Below are positions 47,627 to 57,123 of a DNA stretch of 59,312 bases, piece by piece; position 1 is the stretch's first letter, and each line of letters begins with the position of its first letter. The translations under genes and the position numbers were made by a program. Source of the DNA: an uncultured bacterium (lineage in GTDB: Bacteria; UBP7; UBA6624). Below the pieces are notes generated by a model that saw only the letters and a program-made list of their open reading frames with translations, made no database searches and was not told the DNA's origin. Where the stretch lies: the NCBI GenBank assembly GCA_964507645.1, contig CAZDPU010000001.1:1-59312 (forward strand). The letters are read 5' to 3'.

Positions 47627-48218
47627 TTTTGATTTGACCCCTTATGTGCCATGGATATGGTTTAGCTTTTTTGGACTTTTTACTTTGATTATGGCTATTG
47701 GCGTTGTTTTTCACAGAAAAATTGTTTATAACGCTGTTTTTTTGGCAATGAGTTTGCTTGGAACTGCTGCTCTTTACATAACTCTAAATGCTGATTTCTT
47801 AGGGATAGTTCAGATATTGCTTTACCTGGGAGGAATAATTGTTTTAGTTCTTTTCTCAATTTTGTTAACCAGGGGAGAGGAGAGGGGTTCTGAGTATGTA
47901 AACAGAAACAAACAGAACATTTGGGCTTTTACTTCTATTTTAGGTTTGTCAATATGGATAGGTACTCAATTCTGGAAGGTTCAATGGCCTGATGCTAATA
48001 GGAATTTAGCTGCAAATCATTGGGAAAGATATTCTGAGATTGCATCAATAAAAACATTACCACAAATTTTAAATAGGACTGTTCCGGTAGAAGCTATTGG
48101 GGATGGCTTAATGAAGCCTTATTTGCTGATATTTGAATTAGCAAGTATTGTTCTCCTTATTGCTATGGTTGGTGTTGTTATATACATGAAGCCAGAGAAG
48201 GTTGATGGAGATGTTTAA
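47619..48218 (+). CDS. nuoJ: NADH-quinone oxidoreductase subunit J
   Basis: L.ADFL..VQ..LY.GGI.VL, FEL.S..LL.AMVG. Confidence 0.92.
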   Translation: MNNFDLTPYVPWIWFSFFGLFTLIMAIGVVFHRKIVYNAVFLAMSLLGTAALYITLNADFLGIVQILLYLGGIIVLVLFSILLTRGEERGSEYVNRNKQNIWAFTSILGLSIWIGTQFWKVQWPDANRNLAANHWERYSEIASIKTLPQILNRTVPVEAIGDGLMKPYLLIFELASIVLLIAMVGVVIYMKPEKVDGDV

Positions 48219-48657
48219 TTTCTTTTTCTTTTTAAACGAAGTTTTTTCTGGGGAAAAATGTACTCTTGAAAATTTAGGAAATTGTCATTTTTATGGTCCT
48301 GCAGTGCCAGTCAATGCTTATCTATTTTTGGCAATGATACTTTTTGGACTCGGTGCTTATGGCGTTGTTACAAGAAGACATCTGATAAGCATTTTAATGT
48401 GTATGGAAATCATGTTGAATGCTGTTAATTTAATGCTCGTTGCTTTTAGTAGGCAATGGGGCCTTTCTTCAATGAGGCCTCCATTTGTTTCTACAGGTGA
48501 TGAATTGTGGGTCTATGTTCCTGTAGGGCAAATATTTGTAATATTTTCTCTAACCATTGCAGTTGCAGAAGCCGCGATTGGCCTGGCTCTTGTTTACCAT
48601 ATTTACAAATCTTTAGGAACGACACAGGCGGATGATTTTGATTTATTGAAAGGATGA
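48211..48657 (+). CDS. nuoK: NADH-quinone oxidoreductase subunit K (extended)
   Basis: LMCMEIMLNAVN, GQIF, AVAEAAIGLA; start 48211 or 48205. Confidence 0.92.
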   Translation: MFNFFFFLNEVFSGEKCTLENLGNCHFYGPAVPVNAYLFLAMILFGLGAYGVVTRRHLISILMCMEIMLNAVNLMLVAFSRQWGLSSMRPPFVSTGDELWVYVPVGQIFVIFSLTIAVAEAAIGLALVYHIYKSLGTTQADDFDLLKG

Positions 48658-50666
48658 ACTATTTAATTTTAATTCCACTGTTGCCCTTGTTGGCATTTGC
48701 TTTAATAGCACCTTTGACCAAGATATGGAAAAGAAAGGCTGCATTTATTGCAACAGGGGCAATTATCGGATCGTCAATTTTGTCTTTGTTGCTTTTCTTT
48801 CAATCTCTTGCTTCTGGAGGGCCTTTGAAAGATGGTAATTTTTGGACAGCTAATCACCATCCTGTAAACCTTACTTGGACATTACCGAACTGGCTTCCTT
48901 TGGGGGGAGGGAACTTTGTTGACTTGAGCCTTTCTGCCGATGGTTTTACGTTAATGATGCTTCTTGTTGTTACCCTGGTCAGTACAGCAGTTCACATATA
49001 TTCCTTCGGATATATGGATTATGCTGGCAAATATTATCAGCATGAGGAAAAAAATCTTCCTAGATATTATGGCTATTTATCAATTTTTACGGCAGCAATG
49101 TTGGTAATGGTTTTGGCAAATAATTTACTTTTGGCGTTTGTTGGTTGGGAGCTAATGGGTTTAGCAAGTTATCTATTGATAGGTTTTTGGTTTGATAAAG
49201 AAAGTGCTGCAGTTGCTGCCAAGAAGGCTTTTCTTACAACAAAAGTTGGAGATCTTTCTTTGTTTCTTGGAGTTTTAACTTTGTATGGCCTGACCGGAAC
49301 TTTCAATATTCCAAAAATTTTAGAATTTGCTTCAACTCATGACACCAATGGCATATTGTCTGTTGCAGCATTGCTTATTTTTGGTGGGGCAATGGGTAAA
49401 AGTGCGCAGTTTTTTCTGCATGTTTGGTTGCCTGATGCAATGGAGGGTCCAACTCCAGCATCTTCTCTTATCCATGCGGCAACAATGGTTGCAGCTGGTG
49501 TTTATCTAATTGCAAGACTACAACCAATTTATACAGGAGAAGTAACGTCTTCAATTGTTTCACACATAGGTGCTTTTACAGCTCTTTTTGCAGCATCTAT
49601 TGCTATTGCTCGCTGGGATATAAAAAGAGTTTTAGCTTATTCGACTATAAGTCAATTAGGGTTTATGGTTGCTGGAATTGGAACAGGAAGTGTTGCTGCT
49701 GGTATATTCCATCTTTTCACTCACGCCTTTTTTAAGGCTTTGTTGTTCCAGGCTGCTGGCTCTGTAATTCATGGCGTTCATACAAATGATATGAGAGAGA
49801 TGGGTAACTTGAAAAAATATATGCCAAAAACTTTTATGGTTTTCTTAATCGGAACTTTAGCTCTTGCTGGAATTCCTCCATTTTCAGGATTTTTCAGCAA
49901 GGATGAAATTCTTTTGTCTGCATATAACTATGGTCAACATGGAGATGGATGGCTTCCTTATGCAATGCTTTCAATTGCCGCTTTCTTTACAGCTTTCTAT
50001 ATGTTTAGGGTTATTTATTTAACATTCTTTGGCAAATATAGAGGACATGGACATCCCCATGAATCTCCTTCAGTTATGACGACACCTATGATTTTTTTAG
50101 CAGCAATGTGTCTTATTCCATCTTTTGTAGGGGTTCCTGGAAAACATGGTTCTTGGGCAGCATTGTTCATTGACCCCCATCCACATCATGGACTTAATTG
50201 GCAGGTAGCGATAGTTTCAACGGTATTGGCTATTGTTGCTATACTGTTGGCAAAAAAGATATTTTTGAAAAAATCAGAGATGAAAAAGATTGAGTTTGGA
50301 TTCTTTGAAAAAGAAAATCCCGTTTTATGGAGAGCCTTATCGAAAAGGCTGTACGTAGACGAAGTTCTTCAATGGTCTTTTGTGAAGCCCGGATCATATT
50401 TGGCAGATCGAGTTGCTTGGTTTGACAAGAGCGTTATTGATGGAATAGTTAATAGGGTAGCTGGATTTGGAGAAAGCCTTTCTTCAATTTCAGGATTTAT
50501 TGACAAGTATATTGTTGACGGAATTGTTAATCTTTTTGGAAGTTTAACAAAAGCTGGACATAGATTAGTAAAAATGTATCAAACCGGTTTTGTTTCTGGT
50601 TATCTTTTCATGATATTAATTATGTTGGCTTTAATTTTATTGACCCAAGGTTATTGGGTGTCTTAG
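48654..50666 (+). CDS. nuoL: NADH-quinone oxidoreductase subunit L
   Basis: GWE.MGL.SYLLIGFW, KSAQ..LHVWLPDAMEGPTP.S.LIHAATMV, HAFFKALLF. Confidence 0.96.
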   Translation: MNYLILIPLLPLLAFALIAPLTKIWKRKAAFIATGAIIGSSILSLLLFFQSLASGGPLKDGNFWTANHHPVNLTWTLPNWLPLGGGNFVDLSLSADGFTLMMLLVVTLVSTAVHIYSFGYMDYAGKYYQHEEKNLPRYYGYLSIFTAAMLVMVLANNLLLAFVGWELMGLASYLLIGFWFDKESAAVAAKKAFLTTKVGDLSLFLGVLTLYGLTGTFNIPKILEFASTHDTNGILSVAALLIFGGAMGKSAQFFLHVWLPDAMEGPTPASSLIHAATMVAAGVYLIARLQPIYTGEVTSSIVSHIGAFTALFAASIAIARWDIKRVLAYSTISQLGFMVAGIGTGSVAAGIFHLFTHAFFKALLFQAAGSVIHGVHTNDMREMGNLKKYMPKTFMVFLIGTLALAGIPPFSGFFSKDEILLSAYNYGQHGDGWLPYAMLSIAAFFTAFYMFRVIYLTFFGKYRGHGHPHESPSVMTTPMIFLAAMCLIPSFVGVPGKHGSWAALFIDPHPHHGLNWQVAIVSTVLAIVAILLAKKIFLKKSEMKKIEFGFFEKENPVLWRALSKRLYVDEVLQWSFVKPGSYLADRVAWFDKSVIDGIVNRVAGFGESLSSISGFIDKYIVDGIVNLFGSLTKAGHRLVKMYQTGFVSGYLFMILIMLALILLTQGYWVS

Positions 50667-50678
50667 AGGAGAAAGATT

Positions 50679-52328
50679 ATGTCTTTATTAAATTTAACAT
50701 TATTTTCATTTTGGAGTCAACCTTTAAACATTTTGATTTTCCTTCCTTTGCTGGGTGCTCTGATTGCATCATTCACCAAAGGTGAGAAAAAATTAAGAAT
50801 GGTGATGATAGGAACGAGTGCTGTTACGTTTCTTTACTCCCTGCAGGTTTGGCGCTTGTTTTCTTTGAACCCCGCACAGAAATTCATTGCTGAGCTTGGG
50901 GAGTCTTTTGCTGATCCTTTCGGTTTCAAATTGGGATATTTGGCACCCTGGTTCCCTGAAATTGGCATGGGTAATGGCCCAGGTGTTTCTTGGTATCTTG
51001 GGATTGATGGAATATCTTTGTCCTTGATAGTTTTAACTACTTTTGTTTCTATATCTGCTGCTATATCAAGCAATTCAATCAATAAAAGATTACAACTTTA
51101 TGTAATACTTTTCCTTCTTTTAGAAACTTCTCTTCTTGGTGTTTTGGTTGCCAGGGATTTCTTCATGTTTTTTGTATTTTGGGAATTGATGTTATTGCCA
51201 ATGTATTTCTTGATTGGTATCTGGGGTGGTAAAAATAGAATTTATGCAGCTATAAAGCTTTTCTTATATACCTTAGCGGGTTCTGTGGCTGTTTTGATAG
51301 GGATACTTGTGATGTTTTGGGCATCTCCAGTAAGGTCTTTTGGAATATCTGAATTAACTACCTTTTTTGCTAATAATGTTCCTGTTACTGGCCCTGGCCT
51401 GGTCACCCAAACTTCTTTATTCTTGTTGTTTTTTATTGGCTTTGGAATAAAAGTTCCAATAGTTCCATTTCATACCTGGCTTCCTGATGCACACGTTCAG
51501 GCACCAACTCCAATCTCAATGATGCTAGCCGCTGTTTTGTTGAAGATGGGAACCTATGGTTTTATAAGGATTTTGTTACCTGCGACAAATGGAGCTATAC
51601 ATGATACAAACGGAATAGCTGTTCCAATTATGGCAATTGTCGGTGTTGTTAGCATGATTTATGCAGCTCTGGCTGCGATGGCTCAAAAAGATTGGAAGAG
51701 CATGGTTGCATATTCTTCTATTTCACATATGGGATATCTTATTTTTGCTTTTTCTACAGCAAGTGAAATCGGCTTGTCTGCAGGAATGTTCATCATGATA
51801 AGCCATGGTTTAATTAGTGCTTGCATGTTCCATTTGGTCGGTGTTGTTTATGAGCGTACTCATAATAGAGATTTACTGGCTTATGGTGGCCTTGGAAGCA
51901 TCGTTCCTACCTATTTCACAATATGGATTTTTGTTGGTATGGCAAATCTTGGCCTTCCTGGTCTTTCGGGATTTTGGGGAGAATTTATGGCATTCGTTGC
52001 TGCTTTCAGCAAATTTGACTGGATTGTTTCTTCAGGCATTTTTGAAGGGATGAATTTCTTTAGAGTTTTAGCAGGTTTTGGAGTTGTGACTATTGTTATA
52101 ACAGCTGCGTACATGTTGTTGATGATTCAAAGAATATTCATGGGTCCTTTGAACGAGAAGTGGAAAGATCTAAAAGATATGAAGAAATGGGAAGTATGGG
52201 CGATAGCGCCAGTTATGTTTTTTATACTTTATTATGGATTAAACCCAAAAGCTCTTGTTGATATTTACGGGGAATCAACAGCTAGATTAGCTGAAAGTTT
52301 AGGATATTTAACTTCTATTATTCCGTAG
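50679..52328 (+). CDS. nuoM: NADH-quinone oxidoreductase subunit M
   Basis: [49 protein letters not shown]. Confidence 0.95.
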   Translation: MSLLNLTLFSFWSQPLNILIFLPLLGALIASFTKGEKKLRMVMIGTSAVTFLYSLQVWRLFSLNPAQKFIAELGESFADPFGFKLGYLAPWFPEIGMGNGPGVSWYLGIDGISLSLIVLTTFVSISAAISSNSINKRLQLYVILFLLLETSLLGVLVARDFFMFFVFWELMLLPMYFLIGIWGGKNRIYAAIKLFLYTLAGSVAVLIGILVMFWASPVRSFGISELTTFFANNVPVTGPGLVTQTSLFLLFFIGFGIKVPIVPFHTWLPDAHVQAPTPISMMLAAVLLKMGTYGFIRILLPATNGAIHDTNGIAVPIMAIVGVVSMIYAALAAMAQKDWKSMVAYSSISHMGYLIFAFSTASEIGLSAGMFIMISHGLISACMFHLVGVVYERTHNRDLLAYGGLGSIVPTYFTIWIFVGMANLGLPGLSGFWGEFMAFVAAFSKFDWIVSSGIFEGMNFFRVLAGFGVVTIVITAAYMLLMIQRIFMGPLNEKWKDLKDMKKWEVWAIAPVMFFILYYGLNPKALVDIYGESTARLAESLGYLTSIIP

Positions 52329-52763
52329 ATTTTTTGGAATTATCATAAGTATTATTCCGGTAACAACCGCAGCATCTGCTATATTGAAAACAGGCCAATC
52401 TCCTATAGAGATAAAATCGATAACAAAGCCCCTAGTCATTCTGTCAACAAGATTTCCAAACGCCCCTCCAAGGATAAGCCCAGCGGGAACAATCAAGTGA
52501 GTTTTTTTTGTTAGAAATTTTTCTTCTTTTAGAAAGTTGTAAAGACTATGTACAGCAAAAGCCATAACAAAAACAACAAATGCTTGATTTTCTGACAAGA
52601 ATCCAAGCATCAAGCCTTCATTTTTTACAATTACGAACTTGTAAAAAGATTCTTCTCCCAAAGGGTAAGGCATTCCATGCGGTGTAAATTGCCTCCATGC
52701 AAACTGTTTTGTCAAAGTGTCGATGACAAGAGTCACCAAGCATGAAAGCCAAAGTTTATTCAT
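52308..52763 (-). CDS. lspA: Lipoprotein signal peptidase II
   Basis: [15 protein letters not shown]...G.VIDFI, PVFNIAD. Confidence 0.93.
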   Translation of the reverse strand: MNKLWLSCLVTLVIDTLTKQFAWRQFTPHGMPYPLGEESFYKFVIVKNEGLMLGFLSENQAFVVFVMAFAVHSLYNFLKEEKFLTKKTHLIVPAGLILGGAFGNLVDRMTRGFVIDFISIGDWPVFNIADAAVVTGIILMIIPKNLRNNRS

Positions 52764-53542
52764 AAGTTGAATAGTCTATTGGCATTTGCTGTTGTTACTG
52801 ATGCTATTTCTTTTAAATCTAGATTTTTTAATGTTGCAATATATTCAGCAATTTCTAAAAGATTTTTTGGTTCATTTATCGTTCCTCTTCTGGTCTGAGG
52901 AGGAAGATAGGGAGAGTCTGTCTCTAAAAGAAAATGATCTATTGGGCCATTCTGAATTGCCTCTCTTAGTTTTTCGTTTTTTTTGTAAGTGACCATTCCT
53001 CCCAATCCAACAAAAAATCCCAGGTTCGTTATCTCATTTAGTTCTTTTTCAGAATGGTGAAAAGCATGAAAAACTCCTTTGATCCCAGGATAATCTTTTA
53101 TTACACGGATGAGTTCTTCAAAGCTGTTTCGTTCATGGAGTATTATTGGAAGATTCCTTTCAATAGCCAATTCACATTGAAACCTTAAGGATTCAACTTG
53201 GACATCTTTGGTTATAGGGCATTTAAAAAAATCCAATCCAGTTTCTCCAATTGCGACAGCTTTATCTAAAGCATTAATTATTTTTGTTTTTTTTTCAATT
53301 GTTTCATCTGCATGATAAGGGTGGGAGCCCGCAGCAAGAAAAATATTTTTAATATTTATTTTTGATATTCCTGGCTTTATTGCTGGAATGAGGATTTTTT
53401 TAACTGATTTTTTATATGCATTTCGGATGATTTGATTGGTATTTTCTTCAAATTGTTTGTTGTCCAATCGATTTCGAACACTTAATAAACGATTATGTGC
53501 ATCGAAGATCATGTCCAAATGGCAATGTGTATCAAAAAGCAT
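52760..53542 (-). CDS. tatD: TatD family hydrolase
   Basis: [34 protein letters not shown]. Confidence 0.93.
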   Translation of the reverse strand: MLFDTHCHLDMIFDAHNRLLSVRNRLDNKQFEENTNQIIRNAYKKSVKKILIPAIKPGISKINIKNIFLAAGSHPYHADETIEKKTKIINALDKAVAIGETGLDFFKCPITKDVQVESLRFQCELAIERNLPIILHERNSFEELIRVIKDYPGIKGVFHAFHHSEKELNEITNLGFFVGLGGMVTYKKNEKLREAIQNGPIDHFLLETDSPYLPPQTRRGTINEPKNLLEIAEYIATLKNLDLKEIASVTTANANRLFNL

Positions 53543-53585
53543 AATAAAATTTTATTCTCTTGAATGTGTATTTGATTCAAAAAAA

Positions 53586-54335
53586 ATGAAAAACAAAAAT
53601 AATTATTGGAAAAAAGTCATAAATGGAGATGTTCCTTCAAGGCTTCAGATTGCTTTATCCGAACCAATAGCTTCAGATCTTGTTGTTTCAGAAACACACA
53701 AACTAGCTGTTGTTCATAAGGAAATGCATGAAATATTAATTGAGCAAAATGATTTTATATGGGATGAGGGATGGGATTACGACTTAAGACCTGAGTCAAA
53801 TATCATTTCTTTAAAATTAGAGATTCTTGAAAGGTGGTTTTTTTACAAAGGCTTGAATGTTGACCATGGTTGGAAAATAGAAAATGTTGAAAGCCCAATC
53901 AAGCACATACATCTTTATGAATCTGAAGAAGAGTGTCTTCAGCCTCTCGAAAGCCTTATAACAGAATCTTATGATCAGGGTTGTGTTTGGATGGATGTTG
54001 AAATAAGCAAAGTGGAAAAGCTTCCAGGTCTTTTGGCAGCTTTAAAAAGCCTCGAAATAAACATTCCCATAAGGGCAATTTGCAATTTTGAATGGGACCC
54101 TGTACCTGTTTCACTTTTGACTTGGGTTTTTGATGAATTTTTAATTAATGGGAAATTCATGGGTAATGTTGAAAAAGGTCCAAATTGGCCTGGTATGAGA
54201 GAGGCAAAAATGCTATCTCTTGCAGGTGAGAATGTTACATTTTTTATATCGATTGACAATAAGGAAAAAAAGGCTTGGGAGGAAAAATTAGATATTTGGA
54301 GCAAGAAGAATAATATCAATTTAATATTCAAATGA
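53586..54335 (+). CDS. Hypothetical protein, possibly a degenerate PflX-type radical-SAM homologue lacking Fe-S motifs
   Basis: ATG 53586 preferred (track start overlaps tatD); see findings. Confidence 0.6.
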   Translation: MKNKNNYWKKVINGDVPSRLQIALSEPIASDLVVSETHKLAVVHKEMHEILIEQNDFIWDEGWDYDLRPESNIISLKLEILERWFFYKGLNVDHGWKIENVESPIKHIHLYESEEECLQPLESLITESYDQGCVWMDVEISKVEKLPGLLAALKSLEINIPIRAICNFEWDPVPVSLLTWVFDEFLINGKFMGNVEKGPNWPGMREAKMLSLAGENVTFFISIDNKEKKAWEEKLDIWSKKNNINLIFK

Positions 54336-55156
54336 GTTTCTTTTTATTGGCTTTTATACCATTTTCTCATCCTTTTTGGAGCTCTCTTCCTACTCCTTTA
54401 GTTCCTGAAGATGGACAGAGGTTTTCTTCAGCTTCTTACGCTAGTATTGAAAATGGTATTTACATGGATGGGGAAGTTCTTTCTTTTTCTGATTCACTAT
54501 CTTTTGAATCAGGGGGATTTTATGTTTCAGCAGATTTATATTACCTCGGTGGAGGTTTTATGGATTCTTCAATTGATTCTTGGCATTCTTTTTGGGGTTT
54601 GCCCTTGGGAGATAGGCCCAATATGCCAAAAAATGAAGTTTTGATGAGGTTTGAAAATAATGGAAATGTTTTTTGGGAAGTCAGTGATTCAGGTTTTGGA
54701 ATAAGTCCGTTCAGGGTTGCTAAAGATGTATCAAAAGACATAGTTTTCAAGGCCACTCTTTTTCCTGGTTCTGGTCCTTTAGATCTTTTCTCTGAACCTA
54801 GTTTTTCGATTTATAAAAAATATAAATATGGACATTGGTTTGGTGAATATGGGGTGGGTTGGTTTGGAGGAGTTGATATTGAGGGTGTTGGAGGGACAGA
54901 GTTTTTTTCTTTTTCAGCTTTTAGAGAAAAGGAGATTAGCGGAAATATTTTTAATTTTGGCATTGTGTCATCTACCAGCTTGTGGAATGGTCCAAAAAAT
55001 AACACCCTGGAGGGACAAGTTACCGAAGCTTACTTTTCAGTCTTGTTTGATCTTGGGGACCAGTTTTTAAAAGTGGGATTTTCTGAAGACCTTTCAGTAA
55101 ATAAGATAGCTGATTTTGTTTTATTTTTTGAAATTATTTCGGCAAAAATTGATTAA
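54332..55156 (+). CDS. DUF3187-like exported protein
   Basis: GGGFMDSSIDSWHSFWGLP.G.R motif, FSED near C-terminus, beta-strand-like aromatic pattern. Confidence 0.65.
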   Translation: MSFFLLAFIPFSHPFWSSLPTPLVPEDGQRFSSASYASIENGIYMDGEVLSFSDSLSFESGGFYVSADLYYLGGGFMDSSIDSWHSFWGLPLGDRPNMPKNEVLMRFENNGNVFWEVSDSGFGISPFRVAKDVSKDIVFKATLFPGSGPLDLFSEPSFSIYKKYKYGHWFGEYGVGWFGGVDIEGVGGTEFFSFSAFREKEISGNIFNFGIVSSTSLWNGPKNNTLEGQVTEAYFSVLFDLGDQFLKVGFSEDLSVNKIADFVLFFEIISAKID

Positions 55157-55305
55157 CCTTTTCCTTTGTTTGTTTTTGTTATGTTTGTAGAAAATTGAGA
55201 TAAGAGAATTGCAACAACTACATCCCACAATGGATCAACTTCTGGCCAACCATAATTCCAAATTATTACAAGACATAACCAATAAAGCCATGCCTTATTT
55301 TTCAT
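55153..55305 (-). CDS. Putative 50-aa membrane protein
   Basis: Not in track; ATGA overlap with upstream gene; MKNKAWLYWLCLVIIWNYGWPEVDPLWDVVVAILLSQFSTNITKTNKGKG*. Confidence 0.65.
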   Translation of the reverse strand: MKNKAWLYWLCLVIIWNYGWPEVDPLWDVVVAILLSQFSTNITKTNKGKG

Positions 55306-55715
55306 TTTTTTATCTTATTTAAGACTTTTGCCCTTTCAAGCCTTATTTCACAATTGTTTCCATACCCATTTTTTTCTGAAAGATATCCCGAAAAATATCC
55401 TTTAACATAAAAAGTGCATTTTGCTTGATAGCTGCTGATGCAATCTTGTCCTATCTTTTCTCCCTCTTTGTTTTTCATTGTTACTCTTGCATAGGTTTTT
55501 CCTGTGGGGTCTTTTCCTATCCATTCTTGCTTGTCGTCAGGAAGAAATGTGAGATCGAAAAAAAATAATGGGATTTTAAATACTTTCCCTTTTGCATAAT
55601 CTTGAATCAGTTTTGGGTTTGTGTTGATTTTTGTGCATATTTGCCCAACTGTTGTTTTTTCAGCCATGCATGACGATAAAAACAAAAACAATAAAATCAA
55701 TGTTGTTTTTTTCAT
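55302..55715 (-). CDS. Lipoprotein, possibly OB-fold (tRNA_anti-like)
   Basis: Lipobox LSSC; N...Y.KGK...I, V.G, L..A.V pattern. Confidence 0.6.
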   Translation of the reverse strand: MKKTTLILLFLFLSSCMAEKTTVGQICTKINTNPKLIQDYAKGKVFKIPLFFFDLTFLPDDKQEWIGKDPTGKTYARVTMKNKEGEKIGQDCISSYQAKCTFYVKGYFSGYLSEKNGYGNNCEIRLERAKVLNKIKK

Positions 55716-55804
55716 TGCTTCATTAAAAGAAATATCATACTTTTCACCGATATTAACAATACCACAAATCCAACAAGTATCAATATTAAATATTTTTTGC
55801 TCAA
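55712..55804 (-). CDS. Putative 30-aa hydrophobic small protein
   Basis: TTG start; MSKKYLILILVGFVVLLISVKSMIFLLMKQ*, stop in ATGA overlap with the next start. Confidence 0.4.
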   Translation of the reverse strand: MSKKYLILILVGFVVLLISVKSMIFLLMKQ

Positions 55805-55818
55805 TTAAAAAATATCAT

Positions 55819-56988
55819 TTATTCAAGCTCGTCATCTTTTAAAGCCTGATAAGCATGTTGTTGTGCCAGGTCTTTACCAGTTGGCCCATCTTTGCTTTCA
55901 ACCCATCTTTTTTTGACTTCTTTCTGAATTTTTGGCAAAGTTGTATATTCCATTTGGTCTGGTGGAAGCCTGTGAGGCTCAAATGGTCCGTGCATTCTCA
56001 TGTAGTCAGCGACATCATTCGCTTTTTGTCTTGCGTTGTCAAATCCAGGATCATTAAACATGTCCCTAGGTCCAACCAGCATTCCATCTGCAATTTGAAA
56101 ACCAGCACCAATAACCCTTGGGGGGCCATCAAATCTGCTGGGATTGCAGTCTTCAAATGAACAGGGCATCATTGGCCCTGTATGAGATCCTCTCATCCAT
56201 CCAGGGACAAGATGAGGAAATGCAAATGGGTTTGTCACCTCTCCAACTGCAGGCAAACCTGATTGGCATCTGATAATCATTGCAGGGTCATCTTTTCCTA
56301 TATATTTTCCAGCCAAAAGTGAAAGTTTGTCAGTCGACATTGTTGCTGCTGGAATTTTATCTCCCCTTCTTCTGATGTTTTTTATAACATATGTTTCAAC
56401 AGCTCCAATGAAAGCAAGAATCTTGTAAGACTCTTCAGGGGCTTTTAATGTGATAATTTTGTTGTTTTTGACATCCATAATATCGAATTCAAAACCAGCA
56501 TGCATATTTTCATCAATTACCAATCCTGGAGTATTGAATGGATCAGCAAACATTTTATAAGCTGGGAAATTCCATGCTCCTGGACTTGTTTTGTCTGCAA
56601 GAAAAACAATAAAAGGCTCGCTTGTTCTTTCTTCAAATTCCATTTCTGCGCATCCAGGACCCATTCCTTTGATGTTTCCAGAAAAACCTTCAGACAGGAG
56701 ATCTTGCCCAGCTCCATAGAGTTTTAATTTTTTTGCAACTTTTGTACCTTCAACAAATGTATCCCATCCCAACTTGTGAATCTCTTCACAGTTTTCACCT
56801 TTGTCATGGGTCATTACCAATGCCATGTCATCTCCAACCCACAAAACTCTAAAGTCTTTAATTTGACCTTTGTCTTTTGAGGATTGCAGTTCTTCTTCTG
56901 CTTTGATTATTAAGTCTGGATGAATTGCAGAATGTCCTACAAATCCACCAATATCTGCTTTTATTACGCTTAAAGTTGTTTTAGTCAT
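55819..56988 (-). CDS. fbp: Fructose-1,6-bisphosphate aldolase/phosphatase (class V, archaeal type)
   Basis: IKADIGG..GH, GDD, YGAGQDLL, DKT.PGAWN, Y.GKDDP, GWMRGSH, GPFEPHRL, MEYTT; GGAGG RBS before ATG 56988. Confidence 0.95.
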   Translation of the reverse strand: MTKTTLSVIKADIGGFVGHSAIHPDLIIKAEEELQSSKDKGQIKDFRVLWVGDDMALVMTHDKGENCEEIHKLGWDTFVEGTKVAKKLKLYGAGQDLLSEGFSGNIKGMGPGCAEMEFEERTSEPFIVFLADKTSPGAWNFPAYKMFADPFNTPGLVIDENMHAGFEFDIMDVKNNKIITLKAPEESYKILAFIGAVETYVIKNIRRRGDKIPAATMSTDKLSLLAGKYIGKDDPAMIIRCQSGLPAVGEVTNPFAFPHLVPGWMRGSHTGPMMPCSFEDCNPSRFDGPPRVIGAGFQIADGMLVGPRDMFNDPGFDNARQKANDVADYMRMHGPFEPHRLPPDQMEYTTLPKIQKEVKKRWVESKDGPTGKDLAQQHAYQALKDDELE

Positions 56989-57123
56989 TGAGACCTCCAA
57001 ATTTTTATTGTGTTGTTTCTTATTCTATAATTTTTTTATAAAAAATTAAAAACAGAGTTTATTTCTTTGTTTTTCCTCATTTTGCTATACGATTGTAAGG
57101 TTTACTAAACGGAGGTAACACTT

